NCBI RefSeq assembly: GCF_000372725.1 | Contig: NW_005201269.1 | Coordinates: 186,001 to 250,000, forward strand | Direction of reading: 5' to 3' | Origin: Emiliania huxleyi CCMP1516 | Lineage: Eukaryota | DNA length: 64,000 bases | Shown: positions 1 to 11,337 of the stretch, piece by piece | Position numbering within the stretch: position 1 is the first letter of the stretch | How the letters are laid out: each line of letters begins with the position of its first letter | Made by a program: the position numbers and the translations under genes | The notes under the pieces: generated by a model | What the model was told of the DNA's origin: nothing | Databases searched by the model: none | What the model saw: the letters and a program-made list of their open reading frames with translations, nothing else

Positions 1-1857
1 ACGCATAGGATAGGATAGAGAAGCCACAAAATGGGCGTAAGTTAGGTCCTCACCGTTGCCCGCACTGGCGTTGAGCAAAGGCTGATACGCCGGGAAGGCG
101 CGCACGTAGCGCCGGTTGAGCGCGGCCGACGTGGCCGCCACACTTGTCAGAGAGATGGCCACCTCGGTGACAAGGCCTGAGACGGTGAAGTCCTCAGGCG
201 GCAGGCGTGACACCCCGTGCGCCCCGCACAGACGCATGGTTGACTTTGGTCCATACAGGCCGGGAGCAGCCTGCCATGTCGGGTAGTCGGGAAAGCCCGG
301 CTCCCTTGCTACCATCTCAGCCAGCTCGGTGACGAGCTCCGATGTGGGGAGCTTGTCGTCGTCCAGGTGCAGCAGCACGTCGTTGCGCGCTGAGAGCGCC
401 GCGAAGAAGCGGCTTGCCACGCGAACCCCTGTTGAAGCCTCCAGCTGCGCCATGTCCAGGTGGCGGACTCGTCTGTTCTGACAGATGCGGCAGCTGCCAT
501 TCGTCGCCCACGTGAAGCTCTCCGATCGACCATGACCAACTATGATCTCCGAGCCATTGCGATGCAGCACGTTGAGCCCGAGAAGATGTGTGAGCGTAAC
601 GTTCAGGCTTCGTGGTCGGCCAAACGTGGGAATCACCACCGAGATCGCCGGCTCTGCCGGCACCACCATCTCCTTCCCACGGGGCCGCGATTTCAGGCGC
701 AGTGGTTCATCGTACTCCTCATCCGAGGTGTGAAGCCTCCACCGGCCGTCGGCCATTTCGCACTCATACTCGGTGGGACGAGCAGCGATCGGTTGCGCAG
801 CCGTCGGGCGGTCAAGCCCTGCAGTCGCGGCCAGAGCACGAAATGCTGGGACTCTTGCCGCCAGAGAACGCAACGGTTGGACCTCGCAGCCCAAGGCTTC
901 GAGGTGCCTTTTCACCAGGGCCTTGGCATCCATGTAGAGCTGAAGATCCGCTGCATTGAGCACCCTGAGCTGCTGCTCCATCTCCGGCAACAGCTTGGCT
1001 GAGTCCGATTTGTTTGCCGAAGATGTCGCCTTGGGCTTTGGCAAATAGCCGTGCGCCCAGCCGAGCTTCTTTTTCAGCGCGCATGCACTATCCGCCGGTC
1101 TCGAGATAAAGGTGTCGAGGGTGAGCACCAAGTCGATCTTCTGCAGCGCCTGGCGTGCCTGCTGCACCGCTCGAGCGGAGAGGCCGCGCTTCGCATATGC
1201 CTGCGTGCATGCGTGCGTGACGAGCATCGGGGCTACGGGCTCGCCGACCAGCAGCCGACTGTAGATGTTTGCTTCTGCCGTGGCCCACTCCTCCACGCTG
1301 CACGTCGCATCCGTCGAGCTGTTCTGTGAGCATCGGCGCCCTGCGTGCCCGTGCAAGTTGTACGAGCTCCAAAGTCGTTCGATGGGCTCCCGAAGCAAAG
1401 TCACCAGCACCACGTTTTGGCGCAGGTGAGAAAATTCCACGGCTGGTGCAGCGAGCGCCGGGAACCAGTGTTCGGTGGAGACAAAGCTCGTGCCTGCACT
1501 TCTCACACGCTTCACGCGATCTTCGAGCAGGCGCGGCCAGCTGTGAAGCGTATGGCCGCCGACTTTTTCCACCTGACTTCTGAAAGCTGAGCTGCAGCTC
1601 TGCGGGGGGCTCAGGCCGCCGCGGCCTGCAATGATCATGGTCCAATCAAGCTCGCGCTGTCCCGTTGTTCTGATCAGCTCCAAGTGGCTGTGCTTGCCTT
1701 TCTGGCCAGGGATGCCTCGCAAGCCATTCAGCAGAGCCAGCTCTGAGAAGGATGTCCCCGCCGCTTTGTGGAAGTGCAGGAGCCAGACCATGCGATTCTC
1801 GACTCTCTGCAGCTTTGGTGCTGGAATAGCCGTGGCGCTTTTACCCCGTGGATGCAT
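1..1857 (-). CDS. Sulfotransferase + GT-A glycosyltransferase (GT64/GT2-like) fusion protein, 3' end outside the window
   Basis: Manual translation of the minus strand gives 619 open codons from ATG 1857 to the window edge. It is absent from the ORF track because it has no stop. The N-terminal half has LHFHKAAGTS (5'-PSB), VTLLREPIERLWSSY (3'-PB) and LNAADLQLY. The C-terminal half has ISVVIPTFGRPRSL, VLLHLDDD (DxD) and NGEDLTY. Confidence 0.8.
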   Translation of the reverse strand, partial: MHPRGKSATAIPAPKLQRVENRMVWLLHFHKAAGTSFSELALLNGLRGIPGQKGKHSHLELIRTTGQRELDWTMIIAGRGGLSPPQSCSSAFRSQVEKVGGHTLHSWPRLLEDRVKRVRSAGTSFVSTEHWFPALAAPAVEFSHLRQNVVLVTLLREPIERLWSSYNLHGHAGRRCSQNSSTDATCSVEEWATAEANIYSRLLVGEPVAPMLVTHACTQAYAKRGLSARAVQQARQALQKIDLVLTLDTFISRPADSACALKKKLGWAHGYLPKPKATSSANKSDSAKLLPEMEQQLRVLNAADLQLYMDAKALVKRHLEALGCEVQPLRSLAARVPAFRALAATAGLDRPTAAQPIAARPTEYECEMADGRWRLHTSDEEYDEPLRLKSRPRGKEMVVPAEPAISVVIPTFGRPRSLNVTLTHLLGLNVLHRNGSEIIVGHGRSESFTWATNGSCRICQNRRVRHLDMAQLEASTGVRVASRFFAALSARNDVLLHLDDDKLPTSELVTELAEMVAREPGFPDYPTWQAAPGLYGPKSTMRLCGAHGVSRLPPEDFTVSGLVTEVAISLTSVAATSAALNRRYVRAFPAYQPLLNASAGNGEDLTYAHFVASLSYPMR

Positions 1858-2214
1858 ATTGTTAGATGGGTTGCGTGTGAGTGACGAATAGCCGGATGAA
1901 CAGGGAGGACGAAAGCCGAGCGAGGTCACCCGGCAGCTTACCGAAGCTCACCAGCCGGGGCGCTCGACACAGCGCGGAGACGTTTCAGCAAAAAATCAAT
2001 GAGAGGCTAGCCGACGGAGGTGGGGCGGAGGGGCCGCCTCCGAAGAAGAGACATCAAAAACGACTGCAGAGGCAGTGGGGCGACGCCCGAAAGGCGAGCA
2101 AGAGACCGAACCAGACTGAAGATCCACCCTGAAAGGTGGGGATGAGGCCGGGCAGTGTACACGTTAGACAGTCGTGTGTGTACGTGACGGGTGGTGTCGT
2201 AGTGTCCGTGTCCA

Positions 2215-2440
2215 CTAGCTCCGAGTAGAGGGGGCGTTCTGCAGTTAAGGGGAAACCCGGTACACGGAGCCCTCTCGGAGAACTGTGTTTACTTTAAGGC
2301 CCTTGCCCTGCGAACGCGCACCCCCGGGGCTAGGGCTCTCTTGCCCGCAACCCGATGCCAATCATCCGGCCCGCTGGGTGCGCTTCTGAGCTCCCCGGCC
2401 CTGGATGTGCGGTTAATGACTGCACTCCAAGTGCTCCAAG
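2215..2440 (+). repeat. Dispersed repeat, copy 1 (copy 2 at 13357-13606); putative 5' end of a retroposon
   Basis: Shares long blocks with 13357-13606, e.g. ctagctccgagtagag, ggggaaacccgg, cccgatgccaatcatccggcccgctgggtgcgcttct, atgactgcactccaagtgctccaag. Confidence 0.75.
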
Positions 2441-2878
2441 GCGCTGTCTGTCTGTCCGTTCTCGACTGTCCGTGCATGATGAGCGTGTGACCTGGGCCCG
2501 GGGTTGTGTTTTGTGTTCATGTCCCACCCCCTGCGGGTAGCCCTCCCCCCCCCCCCCCCCCCCCCGGGCCTCCAGGGCCTCCATCCAGGGCTCGCACGCA
2601 CCTCAACCCCTCATGAACTACTCGAGTAGCGCGCAGCGCGCCCGAGAGACATTTTCTTCTCAATAACAAGGTCTGTCTGTGAAGGTGGTAAAAGAGGTAA
2701 TACCAATAGAGAGAGAGGTGTATGACCTTCCTTAAGAGATGTAGGACCTTCCTTAGGCTTAGGTCCGCCTCTCACACTCTCCCTGTCGGCGTCGCTTCTT
2801 CTTTTTTCTCATCTATCAACCTAGGAAATACCTAGGAATTTCACCTCTAACATCCCGACATGGAATTCCTATCCATGA

Positions 2879-3685
2879 ATGGCGGCTGAGAGCGCGCGCC
2901 GCGGGTTGGGTTCCTTCGATCACCTCTCTGAACGTCCCATGACTCCCCTCGAGGCGGAGCTGCTCAACTCGACCACTGTCGTATGTGTCAATCGCACTTC
3001 CGTTGTCAACGCCACCGAGACTTTCGTCCACTGCTTTGAGCCGTGGACGAATGAGGGCCAGGCCCGATTCGCCCTGGGCGTGGTTGGCACCATCTTAATC
3101 CTCCTCAGCATTCTTACCCTGTTTGGGGCTGGCGGCGCAGCGAAGCAGGCACCTGACGACGCGGAGATGGCGAACTCGCGCTCGGTGGACCTTGGCGCGT
3201 ATGGTGAGGCTGGCAAGGGCGGCGACGGGGCCTTTGCTGCCGTCAAGGTCCTGTCGCCAGTCGCTTGGGCGTGGATAGGGGTCCGATCTGGACCTGAGGT
3301 TGCCTACTACTTAGGCGTTTGCGGACTCGGTCCCGGGCTCCAATCTGCTCTGGAAGTCGTTGAAGTGGAAGCGGACGATGCCGGACGACGCCCCACCGGG
3401 CAGCCTGTACGCGGCGATGCGGCACAGCGCTGTCCAGCGCAAAAACTCTGGATTTTACGCTATGGCCTGAGGGAGAATGGAGTTTGTCGTGAGGGGAGGC
3501 CAGTCGCCATGAGCCAGTCGGTCCCCGCGCCGGCCGCGCCCGCGAGAGAGCGCTCGTGCCCGGCCTCCCCGCTGCCCGCCCGCCGCGAGGCGTTCACCTT
3601 GTATCAACACATGCTCGTCTCGACGCTCTCGTGTACAGTAAAGACACCAGGTTCCGACACTGAGCCCTCTCCCGTCGCCGCGTAG
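2879..3685 (+). CDS. Hypothetical single-pass membrane protein
   Basis: 268-aa ORF with N-glycosylation sequons (NST, NRT, NAT) before a hydrophobic segment FALGVVGTILILLSILTLFG. No family recognised and the 3' structure is uncertain. Confidence 0.4.
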   Translation: MAAESARRGLGSFDHLSERPMTPLEAELLNSTTVVCVNRTSVVNATETFVHCFEPWTNEGQARFALGVVGTILILLSILTLFGAGGAAKQAPDDAEMANSRSVDLGAYGEAGKGGDGAFAAVKVLSPVAWAWIGVRSGPEVAYYLGVCGLGPGLQSALEVVEVEADDAGRRPTGQPVRGDAAQRCPAQKLWILRYGLRENGVCREGRPVAMSQSVPAPAAPARERSCPASPLPARREAFTLYQHMLVSTLSCTVKTPGSDTEPSPVAA

Positions 3686-4631
3686 GTAACGCGTAGGAAT
3701 TTAAGGAAACATCAAACACGGCTTTATAACCCTTTGGTGGAGCCGCCGCCGCTTCGGCCGCCTTCGAGAGCTTTATGCCTAACAGACAGTAACACTTAAA
3801 GCCGACCCGGTCCCCGACGGTGGCTCGTTGGTGTGTTTGTGCATATGTCGTTATGTGGTACACGTGTGTGTCCCTCGGCCCGCTTTGTAATAACTTTTGT
3901 ACATAACTCACACTTTTTGTGCAGAGCACCAGCAGTCTGACGACTGACCGTCTCGCCGTGCGTCGTGCTCGTGGAGGTAACGAAAGGTCCGTGTACGTGT
4001 ACTGGCGTGGCTTGTGCGGCTAGAGCGTACTACACCAACACCTCCACATCCCCAGCGGCCAGCGCCCCCGTCGCCATCCGCCACATGAGATCATGACACT
4101 TGAGACACCACGCACGCACCTAGATGCCGCCTGCGATCCTGCGACTCTAAGAGAGCCGCAGAGGAATATGACGTCCAACGCGCAAGACCCGATTGAGACG
4201 GCTCAGGCGGCTCGCGTCTACGCCTCACCATGGGCATGCCACACGTTGAGACATGCCTCTGGGTGACTTGTATGCCTCCGTCAAAACGCCGCCCCTCTCA
4301 GAGCAACTCGTCGACGGCCACACGCGCCTGGCGGCGGCGACGAGCCACGCCTGCGGCTGCGGCGAGGAGGAGGGCCGAGACGGAGGCGAGGAGCAGCAGG
4401 CTGGTCGCCGGGCCCCCGTGCGGCGGCGAGGAGGAGGACGGGAGCGGCTCTGTGGAGAGAGCCTGGCGGCGGGGGAGGGGGGGGGGGTCGGAAGGGGCGG
4501 AGGGGGGGAGGGGGGGGGGGGGGCCGGTCGCATCAAGGCGGCAGTCTGGGAATTCTGGTGCGCGTTGGAGAGCCGGGCTTGGTTCCAGGCCCGCTCCCTG
4601 CTCTCCCCTCGGCTACATGGCTAGCGCCGTG

Positions 4632-5024
4632 CTAGCGGGGCAGGCGCGCCTGGTGGTCGCCGAGTGTGGTCATGTCCGCGCAGACGCAGGAGTGCCAGTC
4701 CGGGTCTGTGCCGTGGTCGGGGCAGCCCGGCTCGTGCCCGAGGGCCGCGTCGGCGGAGGGCGCCTTGCAGCAGGCGCCGAGCGCGCCGCAGTAGCCGGGG
4801 CAGAGGCCTCCCATGCCGCCGCACGCGTCCCAGCAGTTCTCACCGATGTGGTCGATCGGCTCGTGCTTGGACGTGATGACCTGCACGTTGAAGTAGGCGC
4901 CCGCGTCGGTGTGGCCCGCGACGCCGCCGAGGATGGGCAGCTCGTACTGCCCCTCCTCGAGGTCTGTCATCAGGTTGGCACCCATGTAGTCGTTCACGAA
5001 GTAGAACGAGTCCTGCGGAGAGGG

Positions 5025-5069
<45 letters not shown>

Positions 5070-5668
5070 CGAGTGCGTGTGCGTGACAGAGAGAGGGGAG
5101 GGGAGGAGAGAGTCGCTGCCTCATCGAAGAGCTCGAGGAGGAAGGCCTTCCCCTCCGCCTATTGGCCGCTCCGTCGCCCGCACCTCACCACACACCAGTC
5201 AGGGCGGGGGAGGCCTGTCCGCCCCCTCGCCTCGGTGATGTCGCAGCAGCTCGACCAGTTCGGCTCGAGCGAGTTGGAGACGACGTGCGTCGCGCACTCG
5301 TACGTCGGCACCGTGCCCGGCCGGTCGTTGTGCGCCTGCACGCAGCGGAGACCGCGGCTCGACCTCGGCTATACCTCGGCTGGACCCCGCCTCGACCTCG
5401 GCTACCATCTCTGCTGGACCGACTTTTCGGGACCTCGGCCACGTCTCGCCCCCGGGACCTCGCCTACATCTCGCCTACATCTCGCCTATATCTCGGCTAT
5501 ATCTCGGCTCTGACTCAGAGGGAGAGAGCACGCAGTCGCGTGAGGGAGTCTGCAATTTTCGCTGCAAAGGGCAGAGAGAGAGGGAGAGGGAGAGGGAGAG
5601 GGAGAGAGAGAGAGAGAGCGGAGAGGGGGGGGGGGGTGGAGAGGGAGGGAGAGAGAGAGAGAGGGAGA

Positions 5669-5714
<46 letters not shown>

Positions 5715-6918
5715 GAGCGAGGTTCGCACCTCGGCGACATCGTCCTCCTTCTCGAGGTTGGAGAGGATGTCCTCCTCCATCTGCGTCGTCATCACGGCCG
5801 TGTGCTCCTCGGTCGCGCGGTACACCTTCTGGCGCGTCGCCTCGTCGCCGTGCGTCAGCGCGTATGTCACAAACTCGGGGCTCAGTCCGATGCGCTCGTT
5901 CTCCTCGCGGAAGGTCGAGATCTTGACCCAGCTGTCCGGGTAGCGGTACTTGCCCACGCGCGGGAAGTAGTCCGCCTCGACGAGCCCCTTGGCCGACATG
6001 ACGCACAGGTACTTGCGTAGCTCGTGCGCCTAGTCCAGCCCCACCACTCTGAATTCATTCACGGCCGCGACGCACTCGGGGCCCTTGCGCCGCCGCTGCG
6101 CCTCGGCGCCAGCCTTGGCTTCGTCAAAGAGGAGCTTGTCGGTCGCCCCGCCGCCAACCTGCAGGGCCGGGGGGGGAGGCTGTGAGTCCAGGAGCCTGCC
6201 TCTGCGTGTGTGTGGGAGGGGTGTGGGAGGGCAGGCGGCGGGAGAGAGTCTGCTCGGGGGCAACCTTGACGGCGTCGATGTTCTGCGGCGGCGGCGGCGG
6301 CGGCGGGAAGAGCGGGATGCTGACGGTCAGGGTGGGCGCCGGCGCGTCGGCGTCGACCTCGAACTCGCCTCCCGAGAGGGCGAGCACGTAGGAGCCGGCC
6401 GTCGAGTTGGCGGGCAGCACCGCGGTGCCGAGCCAGTCCGCCTCGTCGCCGGTGAGGTCAGAGTCGAAGACGGAGAAGAAGTACTCGGAGTGCTCGTGGT
6501 GGCCGTGGACGTGGCAGCACATGTCCCAGAGCGGCGTCTCGTTGTTGTCGTGCTTGCCGGTCTGAGCGGTGGGGGGGGCGTGGCGAGGCGTTCAAGGCGG
6601 AGGCCGCGTGTCGCAAGCGGCAAGGCGAGCGGCGAGGCGTGTGTGGCGGGCCTTGCAAACGAGGCGACCACCGAGTTCGACCTTCACCCAGCTTTCCGGC
6701 GCGGGCTTGCGCGGCCAGGAATCGACCCGGCCGGGCAAGTTGGCCGCGGACCGGATGCACACCTGCATCTCGCAGGCGCCCGTCTCCTCGGCTGCCGCAC
6801 ACGGCGCGGAGAGAAGGTAACCGCCTTGCTTTGCTCTTTCCCTTTGCTTCTCGAGGTTCGCGCCGGCGTTCAGCCGGTCGTAGGCGTCGGAAAGGACCAA
6901 GGTGGCGACCGACAGCAT
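4632..6918 (-). CDS. Multi-exon tandem C2-domain protein with a C-terminal Cys-rich module
   Basis: C2 motifs VCIRSAANLP...SWVKV...NNETPLWD...FSVFDSDLTGDEADWLG, a second C2 (VMSAKGL...DSWVKI...SNSLEPNW...LELFDEDSF..NDYMG) and a CWDACGG..CPGYCG..GACC tail. Introns carry (TG)n, (GA)n and 10-11 bp repeats. Confidence 0.65.
5570..5710. repeat. (GA)n-rich intronic microsatellite, next to degenerate 10-11 bp repeats at 5350-5510
   Basis: Seen directly in the sequence. Confidence 0.9.
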
Positions 6919-7535
6919 TGCGGCGAGATCCCCAGGGAGCGCGGCTCGAGCCGCCTCTATTGATTAGGAATGAAGAAATGGTGGAGCCCCTCCTTCTCTC
7001 TTCGCAGTGGAGGCAAATTTCTTCTGTACTTTTTCCGGGGTGTGGTATGGTGCCCTCGGCGCCAAAAGGGTGGGGGGGTATGGTCCTGACCGCCCAAGGC
7101 TAGCCGGTGGGGGGGGTATGGTACTTTAGCCGCGCGGACGGCCAGCGCGGCGCCTGCGGGTGCGGGTGCGGCGACCGGCGCGGGTGCCGCGCCCGCCGCT
7201 CGCCAGGCGATAGCCGACTTTGCCGCCGCGCTCTACTTCTAGACTAGCTAGCAGGGGCACTAACTCCAAACAAAACAAAAAATCTCTCTCTCTAACTCCC
7301 GTGACGAAAAACGACCAACGGCAACGCACCGGGCGCCTGCCCGAGAACTTGAGTTCGAATACGTAGGAGGCATCAGAGCAAAATTGAGCCCGCTCAGGTG
7401 TGAAAAATAATATAAGGGTCACTCGACCATCGAGGTGCCACCGGCCGACCTCAGCAGTTTAGATGTTCGTGGACCGGTAGCGTCGAACCGGCGGCCCATA
7501 CCCGTAGCACATTACCGAGGGTTGGTAAAAAAGAA

Positions 7536-8990
7536 AGGGTTGCCAGGTGAGAGCGAATGGCGCGGTTCACGCCTCGCACAACAGAGTCACGCAGTCAGAG
7601 AGAGAGATGCGCTCTGCATGGTGGGACATAAAAGAGAGCGAGTACTTGGGCGAGTAGGCGCTGTGCGGTCAACGCTGCCGCGCGCGACTTTGCGCGCGAG
7701 GCGGCGCAGCTTGAGAACGGCGGTGGGCGAGAAGCCGCCGCCGAACGTCTCGTGGAGCAGCAGGTTGAAGTTGTTGCGCTTGACAAAGATCGCGTCGTGG
7801 TAGAAACCGCGATGCGCCTTGACGTAGCCGTGGCCGGTCTTGTGGGAGAAGGGTTGGCTGGGCTGCCCGCGCGCCTTGCAGCCCATGTTTAGGCGGCGGG
7901 CCTTCTCTTCGGTGTTGCCGAAGGCGTAGGAGTGGCCAACGGAGGCGGGCGTGCCGCCACTCGAGGCGTTGCCAACGCCCGGCGAGGAGGTAGGTCTTGA
8001 GGAGGGGCGTCCAGAGCTTGATTTCATTCACTTCATCGCACCCCCCCGGTCCCGCATGGGGTTCTGCGAGGTCGACCTTGTACCCCTCGTTGTACTGCCG
8101 GGTGAGCTCTGGTTTCTCCTTGTCGCCGTGCACGACCGGCGCGTTGGCCGGGGCGCGCATCGCGTCCGCCCAGGCGGCGAGGACGCCGTCGTGGGGCCGC
8201 CGGTGGTGGGCCTTGTTGTAAAGGTAGTCGCCGAAGAAATCGACTGGCATGCCCCGCTCGAGCGCGACCCGAAGGGTGGGAAGCGCCACGGAGAGCCAAA
8301 GGCCGAGCTTCCGCTGGAGCTCGTCCTGGAGGGTGTCGGAGGAGAGGGCGGTGGCGTACGTACCGTCGACACGGACATCGAAGGCCTTGCCGGCGAAAGG
8401 CGTTGAGGCGGAGACGAAGCGCGCGGCTTCGCGGTTGTTGACGGCGCTGTCTCCGAGGGACGGGTTGTTCTTGACGTGCACATCCCGCGCCTTGACGAGC
8501 TCCTGGTGCGCGTTCCAGTCCTTGTGATTCTTGATGGCAGCGAGCGCCCGCGGCCGCGGGTACGTGGATTTGCAAGTGCCATTGAGAATCGCGTCGGTAG
8601 CTGGAAGGGACTCGGGCTGGGGGAGCGGGACGCTCTTGGGGTAGAACTCAGTCAGGTAGCCGCCGCGGACGGTGTGGTACTTGTTTTTGTCGCGGGCGGT
8701 GCGCTTCTCGCACACCTCCTTCCAGTCCGAGAGGGCGGACTCGTAGGTGGCGATAGCTGCGGCGATGGCGCATGGCGGGGTACTTGGACGCACCTCCCTC
8801 GTCGAGGGCGAAGTCGGGGTTGTGGGCGACGAGGGTGCGCCAGTTCTTGAGGAGCGACATGGAGAAGTCGCTGTCGGCTCGCGTGAAGGCGGTGTCGATG
8901 TTGCACCCGCCCATCTCGGTCGGCAGCTGCGCCTGGAGCCACGCGAGGTCGCGGAGCGCGCCTGGGGCGAGGCGTCGGCGCGAGCAATGC
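7536..8990 (-). mobile_element. 5'-truncated, frameshifted CRE-like (RLE-type) non-LTR retrotransposon: RT thumb plus restriction-like endonuclease
   Basis: QAQLPTEMGGCNI (thumb GGLG-like), ASTPFAGKAF...LQRKLGL, D.FGD..RRPHD, VDL...EIK, LLHETFGG and ERISLS occur in the order typical of CRE/MoTeR C-termini. Several frameshifts. Confidence 0.7.
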
Positions 8991-9072
8991 CCTCAAATTG
9001 TTTTGTGTTTGCCATGGGCGCCGAGAGAACATTCCCTCGAGAGGACAAAGAAAGCCGTCGCACCCCCTCCTT

Positions 9073-9226
9073 GCGCAGTGTCCCCCGCTATGTGTCGCCG
9101 ATTGGGGCACGCTATCCTGTGCAGTCAGGGCAAGCGGGGGCGGGGGGCAGTCCCATCTCTCCTGTGTACGGGTGGGTTCTGTCTCCAGTCTCGGAGGGGG
9201 GCAAGAAGCTAAGAAAATTTGATATT
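9073..9226 (+). repeat. Dispersed ~150-bp repeat, copy 1 (inverted copy at ~28395-28550)
   Basis: gcgcagtgtcccccgctatgtgtcgccg...atcctgtgcagtcagggcaag...agtctcggagggggg plus an AT-rich end, shared with the reverse complement of 28395-28550. Confidence 0.75.
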
Positions 9227-9532
9227 TACTTCTAGACTAGCACCGTGGAAGGCGGCGGCCATCCGCGCGTATCTAAGTGTGCGTGTCCTAAGTGTCGGTG
9301 TCTGTAGCCTCCTCCTGGAGCCTAGCAGGAAGGCGGCCGGCCGGCGGTGGGGCGAGGGGGAGGCGGGGGGGGGGGGGGGGTATGGTCCGGTCCGCGGAAG
9401 GCTGGGTCTGTCAACAGGCGGGGGGGGGTATGGTCTCGAGGTGGGTAGGTAGGTAGAAAGGTGAAGAACAGCCAGGCTCGAATCGGTAGAACCATACCAT
9501 ACAAAAAGTCCGAACCCGGGAAGTCGGGGTCA

Positions 9533-10883
9533 ATGTCCTCGCTCCGAGCTTGTCTGCTCCTGCTGCTCGCGTATTCGACGCCGACATCCTCGATCAAGCT
9601 CGGACGCGCCGCGCCGGGCGAGGGACTGTCGCGGAGGGGCCTGCTCGCCCGCTCCGCCGCCTTGGCCGCGCTGCCGGCGCCGCTGTCTGCGCTCGCAGCT
9701 GGCGTCGCCTCAGATGGCACCACTGTGCGCGGAGTGAACGAGGGCATGCCGACGGGCGAAAAGGACGTGGCCAAGTTCCTCCAGCAGCAGGGCTTTCCGC
9801 CACTGCCAAAGGTCAACGGCCTGTCCCCTCTTGTGCAGTATATTGGCGCGGCGCCGCCGGCCAACATTGACGGCTCCAAGCAAAAGGAGCGCGCGTTTGA
9901 CAGCACGCTGCTGGTCAAGTTCCTGTACCCGTCGGGCTGGCTCGTTGAGACGCCCACCCTCACCGAGAACGGCGAGGCGGGCAAGATCGCTGCGAACAAC
10001 TATCTCAAAGGCGAGCCGCCGCCACCGCCACCGCTCCACCCCGCTGGCGGCGGCGGCGGCTCACCATGCGCCCGCGCGCTCTCCCAGGCGACTTTGCAGA
10101 CTTTGTCGCCGCCAAGCTCCCGCCCGGCAAGACGCTCGAGTCGATTGACAAGGCGCCCGCACCGCAGTGCTCCCGCTCCCTCTCTTGCCCTCGCTCCTGG
10201 TTCCTCCCCCCTCCTCCTCCGCTGTGCTCCTCCCTCCCTCCCGCATCCGCCTCTGCCTCCTCGCCCGACCGGCCCCGGCGGCTTCCCCTGCGCAGGCCTT
10301 CCTGACCACCTTCCTCGTCTCCCAAATGACTGCCGATGTCTACGAGGATGTCAAGGCGCCGCCGCCGCCGCCCCCGCCGCCCTCCTCCGCTGCCCTCCTC
10401 CGCCGGCCTCCTCCTTCGCCCGCCCCGCCCTTGCACACGCCCGCGCCCCGCGCCCCGGCGCAGGTTGGCAAGGTCAAGAGGCTGACCGCGGCCGACGGCA
10501 TGGACGTTGCCTACATCGACTTTGGTGCGCACGCAAACACTTTCGCCCATCCCTCGCCCATCCCTCGCCTGCCCCTCCGCCGCACCTCGCCGCACCCGCC
10601 TACCGCCACCCTCCTCTCCTCGTGAGACCCGCACTCGTCGCCGCACCCGTCGCCGCGCCCGCCCCGCGCAGGCTACACGCTGCTGACGCGCGCCGGCTTC
10701 ACCGTCGACCGGAAGGGGACCGCTTGCGTGCACGTCGTCGGCGGCGCCATCGTCGGCCTCGTGACGGGCACGACGGGGCAGCGCTTCAAGTCCCTCGAGG
10801 CGGACCTGCGCGCGTGCACCGAGTCCTTCCGCGCGTACGCCGTCAAGAAGCCCGACTTCGCCTTCCTCAACGGCGCCGCCTGA
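9533..10883 (+). CDS. PsbP-domain thylakoid lumen protein, 5 exons
   Basis: Signal peptide, twin-arginine SRRGLL and a hydrophobic lumen signal. FLYPSGW...GKIAANNYLKGDFADF...YTLLTRAG...RFKSLEADLRACTESF assembles across three GC-AG introns and one GT-AG intron. Confidence 0.75.
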
Positions 10884-11337
10884 GTGCCTCGATAGCAGCG
10901 AGGCGACACCGCTCAGCGCCCGCTGCGCGCGCCGTCCGCCGACCAGCGTGCAGTCTGCAGTGCAGCCGCCGAAAAGCTATCCGGGGGGGCCGCCCCTCCG
11001 TCTCTCTGTCGCGCTCTCGTCTTTTTTTTACGACCAGACCTCGCATGCGAAAAGGGCTCGTTTTTATCACTAGTAGACCAACTCCGAACTCGGACTCGTC
11101 GTGCCTAGAGCCTAGTGCACCCTAGAGACGCCTATAGAGGCTAGAGCGCCTCCCGCCTACGCTGCCTTGGCCGCCACCTAGCACCTCTCACTTGGCCACC
11201 TAGCAACCCCTACTGTCTCGGTCGATCGCGCGTGTGTCACTCCTGGACACTGACCCCCCACGCCCGCCCTACGCTGCCTGTGACCGTCTCTCCCTGAGCT
11301 CGAGCCGGCAACCGCGGCTCTCGACTGTGGGGGCGCG

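Larger units (their letters stand above)
7249..9226. mobile_element. Composite insertion flanked by a 15-bp target-site duplication
   Basis: TACTTCTAGACTAGC occurs at 7234-7248 and at 9227-9241. Confidence 0.75.
7028..9510. mobile_element. Probable non-autonomous element with GGGGGGTATGGT subterminal repeats, split by a 2-kb insertion
   Basis: GG(G/T)-TATGGT motifs at ~7045, 7078, 7116, 9380 and 9428. Imperfect inverted ends: actttttcc..gtgtggtatggt versus accataccatacaaaaagt. Confidence 0.4.
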
